A stretch of DNA of 63,175 nucleotides, counting the filler, from Perkinsus chesapeaki ATCC PRA-425 (taxonomy: Eukaryota; Protista; Perkinsozoa), in the NCBI GenBank assembly GCA_013115145.1. It is 11 parts of 11 records of this genome, joined end to end, with 100 filler letters (N's around TTAATTAATTAA, not from the genome) between each part and the next. Parts side by side here need not be neighbours in the genome. Positions count along the whole stretch, not along the records: positions 26,042 to 27,481 come from JAAPAO010001957.1; positions 27,582 to 31,944 come from JAAPAO010001272.1; positions 32,045 to 33,225 come from JAAPAO010002123.1; positions 33,326 to 57,991 come from JAAPAO010000540.1; 7 more parts are not named here. One strand, written 5' to 3'. Shown in pieces: positions 26,042 to 37,895 of this stretch (position 1 is the stretch's first letter; each line of letters starts with the position of its first letter). The position numbers and the translations under genes were made by a program. The notes under the pieces are model-generated. The model saw only the letters and a list, made by a program, of their open reading frames with translations. It was not told where the DNA came from and made no database searches.

Positions 26042-27481
26042 AACTCCAGGACGAGTGTGCGGCCAAGCATGGTGGCTTTCGTGTCCCGGGACGCTTCCTG
26101 TTGCCCCCGGCGTTGTTCTCTCGCCTCCAGAAAGGCGAGGAGGTTGGCTTGGATCAAATGATAACTGGTTCGGCAGCGTCAGGCGATGTTAACCACAAGT
26201 TCACGATCGACACGACCACGCAGACCTTCCAGGTCGACGAGTTTGCCGGCAAGGCCAAGCCGCCAGTATGCCGCAGCGCTGGTCTTTTGTTGGCCATGTG
26301 TAAATGGGGCTTGTCGGCCTCGTTGATGGGACAGTTAGAGTCTATCCACGTCCTCTGTTACATGGCCCGTATTGCGGAAGCGTGTCTGAATTGTTCCAGC
26401 GGCATCTCCGTTATGAAAGCGATTGACTTCGACCTTCGCTCAGAGGCTCGCCGTGGGTCAAGTACTAGCTCTCTCGGCATCCAACTGGCTAGCGAGTTTG
26501 GTGATATTGTGGCCCGTCACTCTGCGGCTGGTCAGGTGGCCGCTTGCCTAGGGAATCATCCTCAGGGAGCGGATAGGTCAAATCGTCGTGGTTCCTCGCG
26601 CGGCAGTACTAAAGATCTTCTCTGCCTATACTTTCCCCAAGGAAAATGCTATGCCGGTGATAGGTGCAAGTTTAAGCATGTCTCTCCGGACACAGAGAGA
26701 AGATCAAATGGCTCCAAGGACAGCAATCAGAAGGCCGGTAACTGAGGGGTTCTGCTTCTGTTTACCCTGCCAGCCGTGGGCTTCCTACGTCGACCGCTGT
26801 TGCGGGTGTGTCTCGGTGCGTGATTTACGCTTTACTCTCCCCTTTTTTTCGTTAGTCTATGAATCGTAGTGTCTGGCACATCTGATGTTGGTTGCGTTCA
26901 TGGATAGTATCTATTTAGATACGGATAGAATCAAGAATGGTCGGGGGGAGGTCGTAATCCTACCTAAGGGGTCACCATCTGCCTCGAGGCCGGTTAGTGC
27001 TGAGGACTCAGCGGCGCAGAAAATGGAGCATGCGCGAGTGATTGAAACCTGGTGCTCGAATGCGCGGTCCGCCCTTGGAAACGGGAACCTCTTCGCCGAT
27101 GAGCGTTTTAAGGATGGGGGTTTCGGCGTAGTTCCTGGTCCTCACTTGGTATCAGCCATCTCGCAGGAAACACGCAAAGAAGGTGCGGTTATTGGTAAGA
27201 TAATCCTTGAAGAGGCCCGCAGGGGAGGCCTGATGTCCCTGCTACAGTCCCTGCATGGGGCCCCATCAGAAGATCAGTCCAGCGCTTTGAAAGAGACAGC
27301 TGATGTGGTGGCTGAAGCATGTCGGATAAGAATAGCGACCCATCTCCACGTGAGCCTGTCACGGCCTGAGAATGGAAATCACATCTACTGCGACCTATTG
27401 TACGCGATAGCATCAGCCCTGGGTGATCCCGACACCGAGTTCCCTTTATTGTGCCGGGATGGTTTGCCGATCGGGATAAGT
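26042..27481 (+). mobile_element. Retroelement fragment: CCCH-zinc-finger ORF1 plus start of pol (DIRS/Ngaro-like by inference)
   Basis: Intronless ORFs. CLYFPQGKCYAGDRCKFKH is a CCCH finger; the second ORF ends in DPDTEFPLLCRDGLPIG, similar to the pre-RT G(F/L)PIG motif of tyrosine-recombinase retrotransposons. Confidence 0.5.
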
Positions 27482-27581
27482 NNNNNNNNNNNNNNNNNNN
27501 NNNNNNNNNNNNNNNNNNNNNNNNNTTAATTAATTAANNNNNNNNNNNNNNNNNNNNNNNNNNNNNNNNNNNNNNNNNNNN

Positions 27582-28596
27582 CCCGTAACGTCACACCATC
27601 AATCACTGGTCCTACGGGATACTTTGGGAACATCACGGATGCCCAGGGTGGTCCGAACTTCTTCTTCATCTCACCATTGATTTGCCATGAAGAATTGAGT
27701 TGCAATTTATTGAAGTTTACCTTGCGGAGGCATTGGAGATCTTGTGCGTCTTTGCATCCAGCAAGTTGAGTAGCCACCCATTCATAATAACGATACGCGT
27801 CCTTTTTTGCTTGGTAAAAAATTGGACTTATGACAGTGGTAGATTCGAGGATAGCAGCGTGATAAAGACCAGCACTCCCTGGAGCCACCAAGTGCCATAA
27901 TACACTGAGAGTGCCAGCCGACTCTCCCGCTTTCGTAACTCGTCCAGGATCACCACCAAAGTTCGCAATCTTTTCCTTTACCCACAATAGGGCTGCTCGT
28001 TGATCAAGCGTTCCCCAGTTACCAGTTGAGCCCTCCTCTGATAAAGAAGCATCAGATGCGAAGAAGGCCAAATGCCCCAAACGGTAATGAGCTATAACCA
28101 CAACCAAGTCGTGGGCTGCTGACAGCGCAACTCCGTCTCCTTGAGGGAAGTGGAAACCCATGAAACCACCACCACGAATCCAGAACAACACCGGTAGGGA
28201 AAGGTATCCAGGAGCCTTCTCGGGAATGTAGACATCAAGATGGAGGCAATCCTCGTGTTTATCGCAAAATTGCCCTCGGTTGACCATCGCCCGGGGGTGA
28301 GACCAGCTCTCATTAAATGGTCAAGGGGCTCTGAAGCGCAGGTCTCCAATCGGTGGTGCTGCATATGGGATGCCCAGAAACTCGATGACGTTTTGGTATC
28401 GAGGCTGCTGGAATGTATAAGCTGCTTGGAGCACTCTGCCAGTGATCGACCCGTTCCTGGTCTCTATTTGCTGGGAGGCTTTTCGGTCCAAGAAAGAACC
28501 TGCATCGGCCCAAACGAGTACTAGTAGGAATAGAACGATGGATAACATGGGGTGACAGAAGTCTGAGAAACAGCGCATACCCCCGTGCTTCTCCAT
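27582..28596 (-). pseudogene. Type-B carboxylesterase/cholinesterase family, intronless, in-frame TGA; 3' end lost in gap
   Basis: Signal peptide, FLGIPYAAPPIGDLRFRAP*PFNESW, EDCLHLDVY, PVLFWIRGGGF, YRLG, GNWGTLDQRAALLWVKEKIANFGGDP, GESAG. Both ORFs are in the same frame across TGA 28321-28323. Confidence 0.85.
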
Positions 28597-31500
28597 TTCG
28601 GAGAAATCGTTTAATTAGTTTCGCTGCTTGAGCAGCTCTAAAGTCTGAAATTGAAAGCCTCGGAGATTTTTGCAGGAAGATGTGATGAGGGCGCTAAGAA
28701 GCTCTATCGTAGCGCTATGTATTTGCGTGCTCTCAGTTCATTGGCTTTAGCTATTGCCTATTTTTTAGTTGTAGCAAGGCATTATCAGTGGAAATTATTC
28801 TGAATGCAGGATCGATCAATGGTGTAGCCATAATGGGACCAGGCCGCTCGTTTTTGGTGCAAACCCAACAGTCGGAGTGATACATGAAGGAGATTAAACA
28901 TCAGAAAACGTGAGCTTAGTACTACGAATGAATAACACCAATCGCTATAAAAGAGGCTTCAGCCCAACTGCGTTATATTGTCAATTCCCCCTTCTCCTCG
29001 GGAATAAGTGTCGAGCTGACGAACGCTGTCAGAGCGAAGGGATGGATACTATCGGGTGGAGAGTCTGGCGATGCTGCATCGGTAAGTGTAAGGAAATTCA
29101 CCGAGATACCAGTCAAGAAAAGTACAGTTACTAGCTAAAAAGGTAGAACTTACCCGTCACAAGGACACGTACAGGGTAGAAAAGCAGAGCAACATGAGGT
29201 AGTAGGTTCCTGTATCTCTTCTACGTGTGTCCGTTTGTAGCTTTGTGCCTACTATATTGTATGTAAATCGATATATTGTCCGTCCGTCCGGCCAAATATA
29301 GGTACGAGTCTTTATATACCCTGCTGTTGTAGTCGGTTGCAGGCGTGGCGCTATTTATGCGAATTAGGTGAGTGCCCACGCGTACGGCGTAGTGTACAAC
29401 GCGTTTGGATCTCTTGAGACTAGCTACATTCGTTTTTGGTAAACCCTATACTGTATGGCCTACAGTGACAATAGCAGTATAGGCATTAAACTCTCGCTCG
29501 GAAGCTGCACATAGGATGGATAGTCTAACTAAGCCAATTTGTGAGTGCCAAGCCGTTGGTGAGAGCTAGTTTCGCCTTCGCTCCATCAAACGTCTCCGAG
29601 GTCTCAAGCTATTGTACCTCGACCATTACCTCGACTATTGTACCGTTCCCAGAGTTGACCCATCGTCTACCGATAGCATGAATCGACATCTCAATCACGG
29701 GTGCGTACCAATAATACTATCTTTGCAGCGACATAGCTGACCCTCTATCACTGCAATGAAACCTGAGGCTCCAAACCTCCGACTCTGGGGATTAGGAGTT
29801 GGGACAGCAGTCGCGTGGGGCATGCAGGCGAGTAAGACCCGTTTCGAAGCTCGGAATCCGAACGCCGAAAGCGAGCCCGGCAGTCAAGTGGCCTAACCCG
29901 AGACCACTCATGCCTTATTTCTCTCGTTTTGCAGCACGTAATGAGCTGCACATTGCGCCTGCACGACCCGCGCCTCTGCTACTTGTCCAGCGCCACCTGT
30001 TGCGATGATTCGGAAGTTCCGAATCGGAAGGGAATCCCTTCAAGGGATCGCATTCTCCCGGAGTCTCGGAGACTTACGAGACTCGGAAGCTGACGGAGAC
30101 TTACTCTCTGTCAATGGGAGGGAGGGGAATGAGTCGGCCCACGCACGATGGTAAGAGCGACGAGCTGCCGTGCTGAAGCAGCCATCGAAAAATGTACAGT
30201 ACGCGCAATATAAAGCGCGTTTGGTGTCACCGGCATAGCTCCTTAACTAGGCCACATATTGACCTGAAGTTTTGTGTAGACACTCTCCTAACATAGATGT
30301 ACTGTTAAAATGCTTCACAGGCGGAATTATCTGAAAACATTTTTCCTTTTATTTTTCGACCACGCACTATCTGACTAGCGTCCGACTCTCTCTTGTATCA
30401 GCTTGCTTTTTCGTGTTCGCGGATGCACAAAATTATGAATTATTGGACTTATTATATCAGTCATCCCAATCATCCCAGACGGTGCCTGTCATTGGCGTTG
30501 TAGCGTCCTCGGTCACGCTGATTTCTAGTTCCTCAACTGCGTCAGGAGCTCGACCCACACCAACTGCCTCACTCGATTGCGGTGCACCACTTCTCTCCAA
30601 CTCGGCCATCTCCATAATCGGCACGGAGGGCTCGAGATCAGCGTGGTCTCCGACAGTTTCGTATGCGATCTGGGAATAGCCCCTCCCGTGACCATGCGAA
30701 AGCTCACCATGAAGCCTCAAATACAAAATGACAGAAAATATATACAGGTTACTTCAAGTAACTTACTTTACAAGTAAAGTCTGCCTGTTACTAGACTGGT
30801 TGTATTGGGTAAGATACCTTAATGCTGTTTTCCAGCTATCTGGGGAGTGCGTAATGTATTGAACTCTGTAGGCGACTGTAGCTACGAGTTTTCGTCTGTT
30901 TAGTAACTTTTCGCTCGTCCCCCAACGGGTAGTGTAGATCTAATACACTGCAGTGAAGTTTATTTAAAGTACAGTAGACGAAATGACATATTTGGAGTCT
31001 CGCTCAGAGCTTCTTGAGTGGACTGAAACTAGAACAGAGATTTTGGCGCTGGACGTGGACACTCTTTAGTCCTATTCTTCGAGTACTTTGAAGTTCATGG
31101 GTAGTATTTTCTACAAATACCGTATTCACCACGATCCGCTGTTGTTTCCACTTATTTAGAGACTACTTGTTTTATTCATAGTATAATCATGGTACAACTT
31201 GGGACTGGACCAGCGACCCAGGGCCACTCGTCAGCTAAGAAATAGTCAAAAAGATCGGTGGTGGCACCACCGTGGTGCTGACTGGGCGCGTAATGGGTCA
31301 CGTATTACGTGGCTCACTCAACGGTATCAGTTTGATACCAGCAAGCAACTCAGTTTCAACTTAAAGAATGTTCCTATGGGCTCATCTGTGCCCTAATTTC
31401 AGAATAAAGAGTAGAAACATCACCTCGAAATCGCTTGGAACAGCGTAAAGCTGACCTTAAATCATCTCAAATGATAGCAGACGTTACTCGATAAGCCAAC

Positions 31501-32044
31501 TACACGGAACTGAGTCGTAACTTACGACTTGTAACTGACGAGTCGTAAGTGTAATGCGCAGTTTCGTACAGCTCATGAGAAACCGTCAGATATCTCGCAA
31601 CACGCTACGGTGACACGATTCTAAAAGTCTGTCTGACTTCCTGAGACTCGAGCTGAGTCTCCTTGTTGAAAGCCTATTGTTGCACCTATCCGCTCAATGA
31701 AAGCCTATCATTGCTCAAATTGTTCAACTAGCCCTAGTCGAACTATTTCACCTACCCTCCTCTTCGTATAATATCGGAGCATGTATGCTGTAGTCTTTTG
31801 CTATGTAAACCGTCACTGTATGCACTCACGGAGCTTGCTGCTCTGATGAGTTTTTCAGGAAAAAGTAGTCATGTGTAACACAAGTTGTGTTGCTCGGATA
31901 ATTTATACGTGAATCGGATAATTGAATTCCGGTCATAAGATTCTNNNNNNNNNNNNNNNNNNNNNNNNNNNNNNNNNNNNNNNNNNNNTTAATTAATTAA
32001 NNNNNNNNNNNNNNNNNNNNNNNNNNNNNNNNNNNNNNNNNNNN

Positions 32045-33225
32045 AGGTTTGCTACACAACATCTGATCTGTTCACTACTGCGTCGTCTGACCCATCGGTC
32101 ACGATAAGGCTGGGTAATGGTGTTGACGGTCCTTGCTGTGACACATCATGCCTTGTGGATTCCGGTGCTAACATCTCTCTCATCGACGCCTCCGTGGTGA
32201 CCTACCTCCTGGATAACTATGTCGTATCTACATCTGCAGTGTCTACACTAGACAACCCTCTCAAGGTGACATACGGCAACAACTCCTCAACACTAACTTC
32301 AACCATTCTCTCGGTGCCTTGTGATCTTCGGCAGTCCGCCGCCGAGGAACCCATCTACACTAATCTACTATTTCTACAAGTTGACCAGTGCCACCCTAGA
32401 GTCATCATCGGTCGCAACATGTTTGGCCATCTCGGTATTGCTCTCTCTTCCACGAAGGGTCTCACCATCAGCGGTGCTTTATCAACCGTCATATACCGGG
32501 ACAACGTCTCTCAAACCGATAAGTACTCTGATAACTGCACTACCTCCTATGACATGCCGCACCTCTTGCCGTGCTCCTCCGTGAGTCATAGTTCTGTCCA
32601 CGACAGTCGTGGCGCTGATGCTGGTTTCCTTGCGCCGTCTACAACCGCACTCATTGGTGAGCAAGTCGCCTCCTGTCATCGAGCTTCTGTCGAAGTCCAA
32701 CCTCTCGTTTCCGTGGTCCAGGACGGTGACACCAAGCGGTTACGGTGTGATATAAACCCCATCGGCAACGCCACGGTCTGGCCCTATCGTGCTGCTCCAC
32801 GCAAGCGCACTCCGACTGACAACCAGATAATTCACCAGAAGCTCTGCGCTATGGAATCCGACGGGAAAGTTCGCCGAGTGCAAGATTCTGACCTCTCGAT
32901 CGTCTGCGAGCCCATCCTTATAGACAAGCTGGACCTGCCAGGAGGGGAGAGTCAACTCAGAACTGCACCAGTCTCTGACGATGAACTCTCCACCCGCTAT
33001 CGCCTGGTCATTGACACCCGTCCGCTCAACTCCCTGCAGTTGAGCTCTGACGAGAACGGCAACTTCGTGTTTCTCCCTAGCGGTGAAGTACCGAAGGATT
33101 CTAAGCTTCGCGACGAGTTCTCCTACAAGCAGTACCAACGCAATGCCTTCCACTTGCTCGATAACATCCCCAAGGAGCATCTAGGCTACTGGTCAAAGCT
33201 GGATCTGCGAGATGCATTCGGCTCC
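32045..33225 (+). mobile_element. LTR retrotransposon pol fragment (aspartic protease + RT start)
   Basis: CLVDSGANISLID (protease), YRLVIDTRPLN and SKLDLRDAF (RT); bounded by gaps. Confidence 0.88.
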
Positions 33226-34920
33226 NNNNNNNNNNNNNNNNNNNNNNNNNNNNNNNNNNNNNNNNNNNNTTAATTAATTAANNNNNNNNNNNNNNNNNNN
33301 NNNNNNNNNNNNNNNNNNNNNNNNNTTAGTAGGAAGTGATTGGAATAATAGTAGCACGAACATTAAGAACAAGATGGTTACTCCCTCATCTGGGACATCG
33401 CTTTATCGGATCTGAACTTCGAATTCGGATATCGGTGCTCTGAAGAAAGGTTTTTCAGAATAGACTTTTCATATGCCGAAAAGACGAGAATATCTGAATA
33501 CAATGTTTTGTTTATTCTCCTATAATGGCAGATAAAGACGACTTTGTTCGAAATAGCATTAGTAGTGTGACACTACTAGTGTCGCCGCGACACTTGCGCC
33601 GCGCAAGTTGCGCGGTTCGTTGCTTTAGCGAGAGGAATATAATTACTATTATTTTTCTTCCGAGTTGAATCCGTAGGATTCGACGCGCGTAAAACAGCGG
33701 TGGGAGTGACCTGGTGAAGCCTGACGCGCACAGCGCTGTGCAGTCCACTATGAAGATTCCCCTAAAACCGGAACGTCGCCCGACGGTTTCGGCGGTGGAA
33801 TGGCTCTGAATGTAGTCAGCCGCTGGCTACATTTGGAGCGCTGTCATTAGTGCCGCGGCGGCAGGGTCGGAGCTTAGGTTACGCACCGTCTGCAATGCGC
33901 GACGTGAAAAACGATGCATCGTTTTTCACGTTTGTCGAAGTTCTCGAATATGCTTTAATGCAAAGTAACTTACGAGGTAACTAAGTGTTGAGGGAGGCTT
34001 TTTCTCAGGTTAGCCATATTTTCATGGACTTCTCATACTGTATAGGTCGTGTGTAGGCTATACACGGCATTCGAGAAGTTTCTCTCCGATATCATCAACT
34101 ACTTCAAAGTTCTGCTGTGAACAAGCAGGGCATAAAGGAGATTCAACGCTGCAAATTTTGAATAAGTAATCACACTATGCTACCCATTTGCTGCCATAAA
34201 TCTGGTTACGGGTCGACTACACATTCCAAAAACTTCGAGGTATCTTTGAGCCTCAAAGACTACTGCTTACTGTTTTGTTAAGTTTGATGCTCAATCTTTG
34301 AGCTCGGATAAGTCACCTGGCGATTTGAGGTTCGGCAATGCTTAATCGGTATACCAGTTTCCAGGGACACTTTTGCACCGACATTGCTATATGATCACAC
34401 TTCAGCGATAACGAATAAAAAAGTATGATACGACATAGCACCGCGCTTTCTTCGTTTCAACTAACCCGACTTGTCGATTCATGGTTTCACTGGATGCTAT
34501 CGTCCGAATGGTCTTTCTTCTCAATTGACAAGTTTCTGTGGGAAACAGAAGGCTCTACGGTGAGCCTTGCAGGGGTTTGGTGGCCCACCATTGAAGGGAC
34601 ATCCCGAATTCATGTATCAGTGAGCCGCAGATTGTGGCAAAACACTTCACGAGCCTTGTCTTGCACCCTCGAAGCTTGAAAGTGAAAGACAAGGCATCAA
34701 GGTTCCCAACCCGGCGTCACCAAGTTCCGAGATGCCAAACGGTCTCGAACTCGAGTCACGATCTCGACTGGATTGCTCGGCAACCATCATGATTGGGTCT
34801 GCGCGAAAGTGACCAAACTCTGTTCGGAACACAACAAGGTTTAATAATATAGAAACGCGATAACGTTACTTGCCTGAACAGGTATTGAAGAAGGACAACA
34901 GTATAAGACAATTATTTACA

Positions 34921-37102
34921 TTACTGCTGCGCGCACTGAACCCTCTGAGAGCCCGGGAAGCCCTCATCATCTTCATCGTAGGCTTCGCGGAAACCACCGT
35001 AGGATTCCTGCGATTTCATGCTCTCCGCGGGGTCCATATCAACCAACTGGTGGTGTTCATACTCCTTATCCATTTTAGACGTGATCTTGGGGGCATTCTT
35101 GGGATGCGGTAAGATTGTCGCCAACTTCTTGCAGGCATTCTCACTCATCTTATCGGGGAATACAATATCGAGAACGAGGAATAGATTGCCACATACAAAC
35201 TGGTTTTGCGGGGATGGCATGCCTTCTCCTTTCACGCATTTCAGCAAATGTTTCTCAGCAGCCAAATCCACTGGCTTGATAACTTCTCCCTTACCCGACT
35301 TCACAATAAGCTTTCTATCATCCATATGGTCGATTATAGTTGTGTAGCCAGTCAATGCCTCCAAAAGAGTAATAGATCTACGCAGATAGAGATCGTTTCC
35401 CTTTCTGGTGAATCCCTTAGCGGCAGCGTCCTTCTGTGGGGCCTTCTGCTTCAGTACAACAATAAAGTCACCAGGCTCTTCGGAAGGATCGGTCTCATCG
35501 GCCATTCCCCTGAAGGGTATCTGTTGGCCGTCTTTCATTCCTTTCTGAATGTGAACTTCAATAACCTCCTTGCTTTTCTTTGTCTTGAAGCTCTGGCCCT
35601 GTCCATTACACTGGGGGCAGGCTTGCCTAACCCGCTGAATCATAGGGCCCATTCGGACCACCTTAATTACGACACCCTGACCGTCGCAAGCATTGCATGT
35701 CTTCACTGGAACCGACCGGTCAATAACAACCCGGTTGATAGCGAGCTTCCGTGTAGCACCATTGTAGAACTGCGCGAGAGATACCTCCAAGACATGGCTG
35801 ATGTCCTGACCCTTCCGCTTTCCGCCTCCTCGGCGTGCTCCACCACCAAACATCATGTCAAAGACATCCATACCACCGCTAGGGCCTAACAACAGAGGCG
35901 AAAACTTCTCCGAATCAGCGTCGGCCAGCAGAACAATCAGACAATCAGATTTTATAACAAAAAACCAAACGAACGACAACTGGGCCTCGAAAGCACGGGG
36001 AAAATTGTCTCTATTTGAGTTGCGATTCCCGCATGTTATGTCTAAAATAAACAGTACAATAATAGACACCCGAAAACCCGAGTGAATAATAATGCTAAAT
36101 ACCCTAATTCCGCAGAGCAAATAAGATACTCCACTGGAATGATTCCAGCAACGAATGAAACCTCGCTTATCACTTTACAATATACTCCCACTCGTAGGAT
36201 CCAAAAGCGTATATGGTGTGTGAATTCCTAATCAGAGGAAACCGCCGCCGCCGCCGCTGACTGCCTGCCGTGCCCTCACCTTCCTGGTCAACTCCCTCCT
36301 CGCCATAACGATCGTATCGTTGTCGTTTCTCGTCATCACTAAGAACCTCGTAAGCCCGAGTAATCTCCTTGAACTTATCGGCATCGCCCCCCTTATCGGG
36401 ATGGTGCTTGATGGCAAGCTTTCTAAACCTGACACAGAAATGAAACTTAGTCGAAAAAATAAATGCTATTGCAGGATGTTGTACTATTCATCATAATAAC
36501 GCACTTCAATGCTCAGCGTATCTTTCAATAAAATTGCGGAGGTATCAAGACGCGGAAGTGGGTAAGACATTGAGCAATTGGTGATAAGATCATTTTGGAA
36601 GGAATCATTCTGGCTAGCATCATGAACATCACGCCATAATATAGATTACTTCAGGTAGCTATACATATAATATATATCAATATAACCTCATCTGCATATT
36701 AATAAAACAACAAGGTAATATATACAGGATGTTTCCATTCGATATGCAAATCACCAAATATCAATTATCTCGCGCCGTAGACCGGTTAAGTATGCCAACT
36801 CGGTATATTTGGAGAATCCGATGCGTTATCGATCAACCGTTTCATTCAAGCCGCTCTAATGCGGTAGATAAATAAGATTTGATAATTTGCATAACAATTT
36901 CGAGCGCCCTGTAAATATTACAATAATGAGTACCATCACTAAAATGTGCAGTTTTTCCCGCTTACGCTTTCTTGATCTCCGAGGAAGTGGCATCCTTAGA
37001 TACACCAAGGATATCGTAGAACTTCTGGGTGTCGACATCACCCCGGCCACCGCTACTGCCGCTACCAGCAAAGTCCTCGAACGGATCACCACCGAAGAAC
37101 AT
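34921..37102 (-). CDS. dnaJ: DnaJ/Hsp40, type I-like (DNAJA/Ydj1), C-terminal CaaX
   Basis: Exons [27 protein letters not shown] | [35 protein letters not shown] | ..[35 protein letters not shown]. Confidence 0.95.
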
Positions 37103-37330
37103 AATAGATAGGGGAAAGAAGAAGAAAAGGAATTAAGGAACTACTAAGGACTTTCGAGAATAGGCATTATTCCAACCATTGCAGCTGGGCGCATCCCGTA
37201 GGCATAGATTTATCACACCGCCATGGGCAGATATATGGAATACAGTTTAGACTCAATTTAATATTTATATGATTGATAGATATTATTAATAATAGTCGAT
37301 TACATAATTAGATATAAAATATTATAAAAC

Positions 37331-37630
37331 TAGTAAATATTAATATAAACAATACAGTTAATTATATTAATAGTAAATATTAATATAAACAATACAGTTA
37401 ATTATATTAATAGTAAATATTAATATAAACAATACAGTTTATTATATTAATAGTAAATATTAATATAAACAATACAGTTAATTATATTAATAGTAAATAT
37501 TAATAAAAACAATACAGTTTATTATATTAATAGTAAATATTAATAAAAACAATACAGTTTATTACATTAATAGTAAATATTAATATAAACAATACAGTTT
37601 AATATATTAATAGTAAATATTAATATAAAG
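37331..37630 (+). repeat. AT-rich 40-nt minisatellite
   Basis: TAGTAAATATTAATATAAACAATACAGTTAATTATATTAA, about 7.5 copies with point variants. Confidence 0.97.
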
Positions 37631-37895
37631 TTTATATTATAAACAACTATATAGTGATTGCCTACCAGAGCACCCAACCCCTCAAGCTCACCCCTCACCA
37701 ATCCTATTATTTCAAGCTCAGACTATAGGCAACCCAGGTTGCTTCAGGTCACCGTTTCATCAGCGCCCCGTCAACCCTATTCGATCAATTGAATGTTCTT
37801 CGAAATATCTCCCCATCCCCGCAAACAAAGCCCTTCAACTTCTTTCAGTGAGTAGAAATTGTGGTGTGTTAGTAATACACAGTAAATCTGGACAT

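Noticed and set aside
28321-28323. Selenocysteine or recoded TGA in the carboxylesterase
   Set aside because: Not at a Cys-homologous or catalytic site, no SECIS visible, and TGA terminates other genes here; a nonsense mutation is simpler.
35018-36085. Plus-strand ORFs of up to 227 aa overlapping DnaJ
   Set aside because: Antisense shadows of a well-conserved coding exon; the same applies to ORFs opposite H4, the retroelements and the carboxylesterase.
37331-37630. CRISPR-like array (also the 24-nt, 31-nt and 35-nt repeats)
   Set aside because: Units are head-to-tail with no unique spacers, there are no cas genes, and the context is eukaryotic.
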